DNA of 58,499 bases from a virus (lineage: Duplodnaviria > Caudoviricetes): positions 1 to 58,499 of IMG/VR virus record IMGVR_UViG_3300027777_000004, one strand, 5' to 3'. Made by a program: the position numbers and the translations under genes. Positions 38,736-45,599 of this stretch are shown here, piece by piece. The notes beneath the pieces were generated by a model. That model did no database searches. It saw nothing but the letters and a program-made list of their open reading frames with translations, and had not been told where the DNA came from. Each line of letters begins with the position of its first letter. Position 1 is the stretch's first letter.

Positions 38736-39826
38736 CCCTCCAGTTGGGAAACGATGCGGGAGTAACGGGTAAGCAGGGACATGGGGATCTCGTACTGCGG
38801 GAACAGTTCCGTGATCTGTGCCAGTGACGGCACGGACAGCTCGGCCAAGTCGTTCTCGGCCATGGTCACAAGAATTTCCGACAGCTTGTTCAGCCGCTTT
38901 TCGGTGGGGTTCAGTGCTGCTGCACTGAGCAGTGCAGTAGGCAGGCAGGCAAGAACGTCGCCCCGGTCGCCGTCCATTTCGATGACGACCTTGCCGTCGA
39001 GAGCCTCATCGGGATCGTACAAGTCGATAGCATCGACATAGCGGCCCAGCTCCACGGCACAACCTTCACCGACGATGCCTGTCGCCAGCTCCATTCGGAC
39101 ATCGGCATCAGCACCCACCTTGTCGGCACCTGCCAGACAGAGGGACAGGTTGTACCAAGCACGAAGCGACTGAAAACCGAAGGCGTTTTCGTCGATTGTC
39201 TTGGCCTTGCGAAGCCCGACGTTGGCCTTGACCAGATTGCTGGTGAGCCGCATCCACTTGGGCACATAGGCACTGAAGTCACCGACAATCGGCAGGTTTG
39301 TAGGGGGCGAGAACACGCCGCCCTTCTGCATGCCGTCGTACCAAGAGTCAAACGGCAGTGCCCATTGGTGGTGGTAGCACCGATTGAGCAGAGCGGGCTC
39401 AAGCGGAGAGCCATTGGGACAAAGCTCGGGAGGGTTAGCAGCACCAGCCCGAATGGTAGTGGGATGGAACTCAAGCTTGCCAATGCGGCCTTCGTTGAGC
39501 GCACTGAGGAGCAATGGCTTCATCGTCGGGGAGGACGTTGTGATTTCGTCGATCATGAGGAACCAGTTGGGGTTCGTCAGTGCGAGGATGAACTCCATCG
39601 GCAGCATGTCAACGATCCGCTTCAGCAAGTCGGGCACCGGCAGACCACTCAAGTCATCAGCACAGTGCTGGCTGGGCACGAAGCAGAAGAAGTTCATTCC
39701 CAGAGCCCGGGCAATAGCCATGCCCATGGCCGTCTTCCCCTCGCCAACACCGCCCCAAGCGATGGAAGCCACACCGCACTGGAGTGCGATGAAGTAGGAG
39801 ATGTTCAAACAGGTCAACGTATTCAT
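38732..39826 (-). CDS. MoxR-family AAA+ ATPase
   Basis: GGVGEGKT (Walker A), DDLSGLP, MIDEI (Walker B), AANP, LEPALLNR; coupled to the VWA gene. Confidence 0.88.
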   Translation of the reverse strand: MNTLTCLNISYFIALQCGVASIAWGGVGEGKTAMGMAIARALGMNFFCFVPSQHCADDLSGLPVPDLLKRIVDMLPMEFILALTNPNWFLMIDEITTSSPTMKPLLLSALNEGRIGKLEFHPTTIRAGAANPPELCPNGSPLEPALLNRCYHHQWALPFDSWYDGMQKGGVFSPPTNLPIVGDFSAYVPKWMRLTSNLVKANVGLRKAKTIDENAFGFQSLRAWYNLSLCLAGADKVGADADVRMELATGIVGEGCAVELGRYVDAIDLYDPDEALDGKVVIEMDGDRGDVLACLPTALLSAAALNPTEKRLNKLSEILVTMAENDLAELSVPSLAQITELFPQYEIPMSLLTRYSRIVSQLEG

Positions 39827-39898
39827 CAGTCTGTACCTTTGTTCATGCGTAAGTGAAAAAGAACGTCGGGGCTCGGAACACCCGAACCCCGACAGAAA

Positions 39899-39927
39899 AC
39901 CCCTCGCCCCCACCCCTTCGGGGTTAG
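39899..39927 (-). promoter_or_regulatory. Hairpin + G-rich element, copy B
   Basis: Sense CTAACCCCGAAGGGGTGGGGGCGAGGGGT, then a 12-bp stem and T-tract. Confidence 0.7.
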
Positions 39928-39929
39928 GG

Positions 39930-40811
39930 CTATTTCGCCATCTTGATACCTTCAGCACCGATAGCAGCCCGAGTGCTAGCGATAGCACTCTTGCACCGGC
40001 TGAATGGGCGACCGAAGAACGAAGCCATGGTCTTGAGCTGTTGCTCTGACTCCATCAGCTCCTTGATGCGACGAGACTGCCCGTTCTTGCGAGGGGCAGC
40101 ACCAGTGGCATACAGAGCCTTGATCTCGGCCTGCATCTCATCGCAGTGTTGAGTGAGACGCTCCTCGAAGAACTCACTGACCTCTTTGACAAGGTCGAGA
40201 TTCATCTCGGGGCTAAACACAACACGACTCAGCTTCGGGCCATGCTTGGACAGCAGGCCACCGACTGTGATATAGGGGTCCATGTTGTCCCTAGTCACGA
40301 AGTAGACGCCGCCACCATCACGCAACAGCACGCCCTTCATCTTCTTGATGAGCAGCACTATCGCCATGGTCACCTTGTTAGCATCGACCACCGACAGTGC
40401 GGCGGTGAACTCAGCTTGTGCTGCTTCACGCAGTGCCGTTTGGTCGCCAACTAGCAGGGTGTCTACGCTGGGGTCCACTTCCAGCAGCTTCACGCCGCCA
40501 GCCTTGGTAACGCCAAGGCTGAACAGAAACGGGTAGAGGTTCTTCTTCAGCCCCTTCTGAAACTGCCGAACCTCGACGCCGATAGCGTCCCGGTCGGACT
40601 GAAGCGGGCGAATGTCCACCTTGCAGTCATCGGTCAAGCCAAGAGCTTGAGCGACAGTGCGAGCGGCCTCTCGAATGCAGTGCATTTGATCGACCTTGGG
40701 AACCATGTGGCCGAAGCCGATGGCATCGAACGCAGCCTGCAAAAACTGCCGCTGCATTGCGGTCGCCTTCCAGAAAAGGATGGCACCTTCACTACTGACC
40801 TTACGAATCAC
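39930..40811 (-). CDS. Helical protein of the type often found upstream of phage MoxR/VWA pairs (DUF3150/DUF6744-like)
   Basis: LRDGGGVYFV motif; AAGGAG RBS before GTG 40811. Confidence 0.6.
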   Translation of the reverse strand: MIRKVSSEGAILFWKATAMQRQFLQAAFDAIGFGHMVPKVDQMHCIREAARTVAQALGLTDDCKVDIRPLQSDRDAIGVEVRQFQKGLKKNLYPFLFSLGVTKAGGVKLLEVDPSVDTLLVGDQTALREAAQAEFTAALSVVDANKVTMAIVLLIKKMKGVLLRDGGGVYFVTRDNMDPYITVGGLLSKHGPKLSRVVFSPEMNLDLVKEVSEFFEERLTQHCDEMQAEIKALYATGAAPRKNGQSRRIKELMESEQQLKTMASFFGRPFSRCKSAIASTRAAIGAEGIKMAK

Positions 40812-40869
40812 GGGAATCTCCTTACGTCTTTGGGTGTGAAACTCATTGTCTGGGTCTGTCAAGAGCTAC

Positions 40870-40916
40870 AAAACGAAGAGGCCCACTGGCTACGCTCATG
40901 CGCAACCAGTGGGCCT
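40870..40916 (-). terminator. Intrinsic terminator-like hairpin
   Basis: Extended AGGCCCACTGG/CCAGTGGGCCT stem followed by CTTCGTTTT on the minus strand. Confidence 0.55.
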
Positions 40917-40945
40917 TCGTTTACGGTGGTTTCCTGAGTGCTGGA

Positions 40946-41344
40946 CTAGCTCTTCTTGAGCTTGGCCAGCATCTCATCGGCGTTGTCGCGGATCACTTCG
41001 ATGAGGGTGCAGAGAGCATAAGTGAAGTCACCCATGGGATCGGCTTCCTCCTCGTCGTCCTCATCGTCATCGCCATCGTCTTCGTCCTCCTCCTCCTCTT
41101 CGTCGGCCTCATCCTCGACCACCGGGATGGGCCTTCCCCGAAGACTGCCGAGCGTCTTCACCGGGGCGACTTCCTCCTCCTCTTCCTCCTCTTCCTCTTC
41201 CTCTTCCTCCTCTTCCTCGACGGCAACCGGGGCAGCCGGTGCCGAACGACCATTGCGAGGGGCAGCTACCGCCGCCGTCGCCTTGGCACCGCCGAGTTTG
41301 CGGAGATTTTCCAGAGCTTTGCTGCTAACAATCGACTTTGCCAT
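40946..41344 (-). CDS. Poly-Glu/Asp highly acidic protein
   Basis: AGGAG RBS; 16-Glu run plus a second D/E tract. Confidence 0.7.
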   Translation of the reverse strand: MAKSIVSSKALENLRKLGGAKATAAVAAPRNGRSAPAAPVAVEEEEEEEEEEEEEEEEVAPVKTLGSLRGRPIPVVEDEADEEEEEDEDDGDDDEDDEEEADPMGDFTYALCTLIEVIRDNADEMLAKLKKS

Positions 41345-41469
41345 CGAACAGACTCCTACTAACAGGGTGAAAAGAACAACTCCGTCGAGTTCCGACATTG
41401 GAACCCCCTTGTCAAGATCAAGAACAAAAAACACCGGGCCGGTCGGAAACGATCCGACCGGCCCATCGA

Positions 41470-41498
41470 ACCCCTCGCCCCCACCCCTTCGGGGTTAG
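41470..41498 (-). promoter_or_regulatory. Hairpin + G-rich element, copy C
   Basis: Identical to copy B over 29 nt; followed by a 12-bp stem and T6. Confidence 0.7.
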
Positions 41499-41535
41499 TC
41501 AAGGGAATTACTTGTTGTGATGAGTAGCCAAGTAG

Positions 41536-41916
41536 CTACTCGGGCCACCCCGTAATCTCACTAACCGGAATGGTGTTAGAGCTAAACACCATGCCCTGCC
41601 GGTTGATGCCAGCCGCCGAGTGCATGGAGTCAGAGAGAATCTTGACCCAGCGAAGGAACAGTTGCTCCTCACTCCACGACAGACTGCCACTGTTGATAGC
41701 CTTGCCCAGCTCATTGCTCACAGTGGTGACTGCCGCCAACAGCTCCGGTGCAGCCTTGATGAGATGCTGCACTTGACCGGGGTTCGCCCCCTCTTTCGTC
41801 CACTCATTGTTCTGCAACCAGCACACCAAGTGGCCATTCGTATCGTCACTCAAGGCGACCATATACTCATGCCAATCACCCAAAGACCAAGTCGTCTGCA
41901 TTGTTACATTGCCCAT
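41536..41916 (-). CDS. Small phage early protein (LIxAAPELL family)
   Basis: AGGAG RBS; HLIKAAPELL. Confidence 0.6.
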   Translation of the reverse strand: MGNVTMQTTWSLGDWHEYMVALSDDTNGHLVCWLQNNEWTKEGANPGQVQHLIKAAPELLAAVTTVSNELGKAINSGSLSWSEEQLFLRWVKILSDSMHSAAGINRQGMVFSSNTIPVSEITGWPE

Positions 41917-41927
41917 CTGAATAACTC

Positions 41928-42158
41928 CTATCGGCTACGGCGATAACAGCGCAGGGCTTTGCGCTCATCGCCACGGGGGATAATGACAGCAAAGCCCGCT
42001 GTTTTGTGACCATACTCCATCAGCACCATCAATGGAGGCTCGGCACTGCACCCCTTGCAGACCATTGGCCTGCCGGAAGTGCTAAGAAACACTACCCGAT
42101 CCTTGGGCAGCTTGCGATGACAGTGCATACAAAGCTGCGACATAGGGCCAATCTCCAT
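41928..42158 (-). CDS. Small Zn-finger protein
   Basis: CMHC...CKGC. Confidence 0.55.
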   Translation of the reverse strand: MEIGPMSQLCMHCHRKLPKDRVVFLSTSGRPMVCKGCSAEPPLMVLMEYGHKTAGFAVIIPRGDERKALRCYRRSR

Positions 42159-42159
42159 G

Positions 42160-42408
42160 CTAAAAGGGGAGATCCGACATAATGGCCAGCAGATGATCCC
42201 CGGGCACTGTCAGCTTGAACTTGGCGATAGCCGCCAGCAGCTCATAGTTGGTGCCATAGCCCTCGCCAGTTTGACTGCCCACCAAGTCGGTGACCTTTGG
42301 GTAGCCGTTCTTCCTAGGCGTATGCCGTTGCAGGAAATACTCTTGCAAAGGCTTGTCATACCCATATGCGTATGTGACTAGGCCCACTTGCAGGTGATAG
42401 CGGCTCAT
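42160..42408 (-). CDS. Hypothetical protein
   Basis: YGYDKPLQEYFLQ motif; ATGA coupling. Confidence 0.55.
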   Translation of the reverse strand: MSRYHLQVGLVTYAYGYDKPLQEYFLQRHTPRKNGYPKVTDLVGSQTGEGYGTNYELLAAIAKFKLTVPGDHLLAIMSDLPF

Positions 42409-42665
42409 ACCCCATCCCTTTCGTCCCAAGAGGGGAACACGACGGGGCCAGGGCAAAGGCCAGTGGACAGAGCTTCCAGCATGGCGGCGTAATTCGTGAG
42501 TTCTGTGGCCAAACGGCTGGCGTTGAGCTGCCAAGCGTCAGGCCCACAAGTGTCTTGGCAGACTGCGTCACCACAAAGCTCTTGATGCCGCCGCAGGATG
42601 GAATCGCGGTGCTGACTGAGCCGCTGGTGAATGAGATCAGAGAGCCCCTGTTCGGAAGGTGTCAT
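42405..42665 (-). CDS. Hypothetical protein
   Basis: First gene of the leftward operon. Confidence 0.45.
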   Translation of the reverse strand: MTPSEQGLSDLIHQRLSQHRDSILRRHQELCGDAVCQDTCGPDAWQLNASRLATELTNYAAMLEALSTGLCPGPVVFPSWDERDGV

Positions 42666-42737
42666 GTTATGCCCATGAGTAGTGAGATACGGGAACCGAC
42701 CGACGCCGGAACCACCGGAGTGTTTTCCCCGGCGAAA

Positions 42738-42767
42738 ACTCCCTCGCCCCCACCCCTTCGGGGTTAG
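42738..42767 (-). promoter_or_regulatory. Hairpin + G-rich element, copy D (head of the leftward operon)
   Basis: Sense CTAACCCCGAAGGGGTGGGGGCGAGGGAGT. Confidence 0.7.
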
Positions 42768-42995
42768 CCAAGTATCTAGCTAGTAGTGAAGGTATCTATG
42801 ACTAGGTGTATAGGGGCATAGAACAAGCCCTAAGTCACGGCCCGCGAACCAATTATCCCGCGCGACCTGCCCATAGTCCTTATGCCCATACCCAAGTGGG
42901 TACACATGCTGCCCCGACCCCGCATGGGTATGCCTCAAGTAGCTTGAGACTAGGGCTTATCGCTAATCCCATGCGTACTTGAACAAGAGCAAGTG

Positions 42996-43013
42996 GTGGG
43001 GGCGAGGGGTTTT
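42996..43013 (+). promoter_or_regulatory. G-rich element core, copy E (opposite orientation)
   Basis: GTGGGGGCGAGGGGTTTT upstream of ATG 43054. Confidence 0.65.
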
Positions 43014-43053
43014 GTGAGGGACGACCGATACCACAACACCCAAGAGGACAACG

Positions 43054-43257
43054 ATGAAAGCTTCCAAATTCAGCCTACTGCACCAAAAGAATTGGGACGT
43101 ATTCAAGCTGAATTTCAGCACACTGTGGGCCTTCAACACCACAGTCGAAGGATGGTACGTCCAAGCCTACAACCGCCACAGAGTCTATGAGGGCGACTTG
43201 TATGGCCCGTTTGAATCAAAGGCCGCTGCAATCTTCTGGCTTGTAGGCCAGAAGTGA
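43054..43257 (+). CDS. Hypothetical protein
   Basis: GAGGA RBS; GWY...YGPFES motif. Confidence 0.6.
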   Translation: MKASKFSLLHQKNWDVFKLNFSTLWAFNTTVEGWYVQAYNRHRVYEGDLYGPFESKAAAIFWLVGQK

Positions 43258-43268
43258 CCGCACAATGT

Positions 43269-43374
43269 AGCCCCAAAGGCGTTAGCTGGAAGCCTATGGC
43301 CATAGTCTTCTAACCCATAGCCTTACGTGGTACGGCTCATTAGGGCCGGGTAGGTTCGATTCCTACTGGGGTTT
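43269..43374 (+). ncRNA. tRNA-like RNA with canonical acceptor stem and T arm but non-canonical core
   Basis: AGCCCCA/TGGGGTT acceptor, GTAGG-TTCGATT-CCTAC T arm, long internal stem plus a short hairpin. Confidence 0.55.
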
Positions 43375-43494
43375 CTCTCAAAAGCTATCTGCTTCCCATA
43401 CTCCCGGTAGACAAGGCCACTATGGGCAAGCAGACAAGCCTAAGACAATGACGAAAATCCCCTATCTATATAGGCAATGAAATAATCTTTTGTA

Positions 43495-43512
43495 GTGGGG
43501 GCGAGGGGTTTT
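43495..43512 (+). promoter_or_regulatory. G-rich element core, copy F
   Basis: GTGGGGGCGAGGGGTTTT upstream of ATG 43574. Confidence 0.65.
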
Positions 43513-43573
43513 TTAGACCGACGACGATGTCCGTCGCCGGATGATCGATGGGTTTTCTTGAAAGGGTTTTACG

Positions 43574-43975
43574 ATGGCGAAAAAAGTATCCGCGAAGTCT
43601 GTGGAAATGGTCACAGTTCCCCGTGAGGAGTATGACCGTCTCACGGCCGGAAAGGCGACCGGCGGAACGGCGAGCGCGGCCGATGGGACATTCTCTGAGC
43701 CTAAGCCGGATGAAGACTACAACCAGTATGAGCGATGCCGAGTTTTGATCGGTGGCGGCATTGCCCGATGGACTGTCAGCAATGGCGGATGGGTACACCT
43801 CCAGATCGACTTCGTCCCACAAAAGGGCCGGGGAGCGCGAGCCGGATTCGGTGGGTATTTCGGACGCTGGAGGGACCGCTACATGAAGTATTTCCGCTCG
43901 ACCTTGTTCACAGATGACCTTGACGCTTGTCGGCTGAATGGTGCAATTGAAGCACCAACGGCGAAAAAGAAATAG
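43574..43975 (+). CDS. Hypothetical protein
   Basis: 133-aa ORF between element F and a terminator. Confidence 0.65.
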   Translation: MAKKVSAKSVEMVTVPREEYDRLTAGKATGGTASAADGTFSEPKPDEDYNQYERCRVLIGGGIARWTVSNGGWVHLQIDFVPQKGRGARAGFGGYFGRWRDRYMKYFRSTLFTDDLDACRLNGAIEAPTAKKK

Positions 43976-44002
43976 GCCGACGCCCGATTGAACAATCGGC
44001 AG

Positions 44003-44037
44003 AAAACCCCTCCCGGGAAACTGGGAGGGGTTTTTTT
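44003..44037 (+). terminator. Rho-independent terminator (possibly bidirectional)
   Basis: AAAA-CCCCTCCCGG-GAAA-CTGGGAGGGG-TTTTTTT. Confidence 0.9.
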
Positions 44038-44118
44038 ATGCCCATTGTGCAACGTCCGATAATGTTTTGGGCGCGACGGTTTTCCCCAGCCTGTTAGTAT
44101 GAATGGGGGGGTATGGTC

Positions 44119-44286
44119 GGCCAGCAGGCAGGCAGGCCACGCCACGCCATTGCAGGCAGGCCACAGCACAGCAGGCACAGCATCGGCCAGCAGGCAGCAT
44201 CGCACAGCAGGCAGCATCGCACAGCAGGCAGGCAGGCATCGGCCAGCAGGCAGCATATGGGCGCAGTTGTGCGACACTCACAGGCA
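44119..44286 (+). repeat. Oriented short-repeat array (about 13 x CAGGC; 17-bp tandem CAGCAGGCAGCATCGCA)
   Basis: Directly visible; non-coding and T-poor. Confidence 0.85.
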
Positions 44287-44475
44287 ACATTTTGGAACGC
44301 TGAACCGGAACCGGTTCCATGGGCCTTGACGCAAACCCTTTGCAGGAGCGGACTTACGACACGACCGCACCCCGGACCCCCCCGCCGCCGCACCGACCCC
44401 ACTCACATACCCCCTCCAAAATAAATCCAAATTAGCAAAGTGGTTAGTGCCATACCCATTTGATTAACACCCCCT

Positions 44476-44513
44476 TGCGAAACGGTGCCTCAAGAGCCTG
44501 CGAAACGGTGCCT
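44476..44513. repeat. Two 15-bp direct repeats TGCGAAACGGTGCCT with a 23-bp period
   Basis: Copies at 44476-44490 and 44499-44513. Confidence 0.85.
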
Positions 44514-44628
44514 GTTCCATATTCTGGTATCTGGAACAAATGCAGTATTGGGCCGAGTTAGTAGGGTTCGCTGTATATGGCCACACTTCTTGCTGGTAGC
44601 TCTTGACTGCGTCGTGACAATGACGCTC

Positions 44629-44877
44629 ATGACTATGCCAGACGAGAGATACCGTTCGCTGCTGTATGTGCGGGATTTCCTCTATGACCTGCTCGACCCC
44701 GAGATGACAGAGAGAGTCCCCGCAGCGGTGAGACAGCGGGCCAGAAGGATGCTACGCCACTACCCATTGCAACATGAGCTAGAGCTACTAGCCATGAAGG
44801 CCCCCGAGCTACTGGACGGTACGGGCCCCATGCTGTTCACAGACACAACCGCAGCAGCGGGACCGGGACCGGACTGA
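44629..44877 (+). CDS. BPSL0761-like small phage protein
   Basis: MTMPDERYRS...RVPAAVRQRARRMLRHYP. Confidence 0.7.
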   Translation: MTMPDERYRSLLYVRDFLYDLLDPEMTERVPAAVRQRARRMLRHYPLQHELELLAMKAPELLDGTGPMLFTDTTAAAGPGPD

Positions 44878-44926
44878 TAAACCGACACCCCTTACCCCCG
44901 CTGCTGCGGTTCTCTAGGAGCTACCC

Positions 44927-45127
44927 ATGACTGACAACGCTGATAGCAGTCTGGCTATCAACAAGGACGTTCTTGAAAGGGCTACGGCCCACCTAGCATC
45001 CCTGCCGCCGCATCTGCGGGACAGGTACTCGGCACAGTTGATTCTTGCCCTAGCCACTGAGGTAGACCGGCTGCGGCTCAAGTGCTGGCAGTGGAGTAAT
45101 CACGCACACAGGATGAGCGACAAATGA
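44927..45127 (+). CDS. Hypothetical protein
   Basis: AGGAG RBS. Confidence 0.55.
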   Translation: MTDNADSSLAINKDVLERATAHLASLPPHLRDRYSAQLILALATEVDRLRLKCWQWSNHAHRMSDK

Positions 45128-45309
45128 CAGACACCCCCGAGACTACAGACATCCTTGAGAGACTCCGACCTCTCCCTGACCGTCTAGCCAAAGAGGCTTT
45201 GGACGAGATCAAGCGGCTGCGGATGGAGCTGTCTATTGCCGAGGGTCAAAGGAACAAGCTACAGGGCGACGTAGTTGAACTACTCACTAGGAATTCGAGG
45301 ACGACATGA
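45124..45309 (+). CDS. Hypothetical protein (DILERLR...EIKRLR type)
   Basis: ATGA coupling at both ends. Confidence 0.55.
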   Translation: MTDTPETTDILERLRPLPDRLAKEALDEIKRLRMELSIAEGQRNKLQGDVVELLTRNSRTT

Positions 45310-45599
45310 GCGATGACAACTTTTACGATCCCAAGCCCCCTACGCTGGAGGAATGTGCGCGGGTAGTTAAATCCTTGACTCTGGGCATAGCCTTTCTGAA
45401 GCGGGAAAGCCTGCGTAGCTCAATGGCAGAGCAGCAGTTTTGTAAACTGCCGGTTGCTGGTTCAAGTCCAGCCGTAGGCTCTTTGACCCCCGAGGAGCGG
45501 GAAGCGATTCAATGGTTTTCGCAGTTGTCATATGGCGAGGGTGGAAGAGTGCCAGACTACGCCGCCACCCTCCGATCCCTACTAGAGAGGCTGAAATGA
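45306..45599 (+). CDS. Hypothetical protein hosting a tRNA gene
   Basis: ATGA coupling at both ends; GAGG RBS; C-terminal LTPEEREAI...AATLRSLLERLK motif. Confidence 0.55.
   Translation: MSDDNFYDPKPPTLEECARVVKSLTLGIAFLKRESLRSSMAEQQFCKLPVAGSSPAVGSLTPEEREAIQWFSQLSYGEGGRVPDYAATLRSLLERLK
45409..45480 (+). tRNA. tRNA-Thr(TGT), no encoded CCA
   Basis: GCCTGCG/CGTAGGC acceptor, GCTC-AATGGCA-GAGC D arm, GCAGT-TTTGTAA-ACTGC anticodon arm, GCTGG-TTCAAGT-CCAGC T arm. Confidence 0.92.

Noticed and set aside
36207-42767. N4-type virion RNA polymerase promoters
   Set aside because: The GAA-triloop hairpin is on the non-template strand and no RNA polymerase gene is evident; kept only as an analogy
44119-44286. 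CRISPR or TIGR-like guide array
   Set aside because: No constant-length repeats with unique spacers, and no cas or Nop-domain gene was recognised
43879-44424. Cys/Ala-rich ORFs on both strands
   Set aside because: Translation artefacts of the CAGGC repeat array; no RBS or operon context
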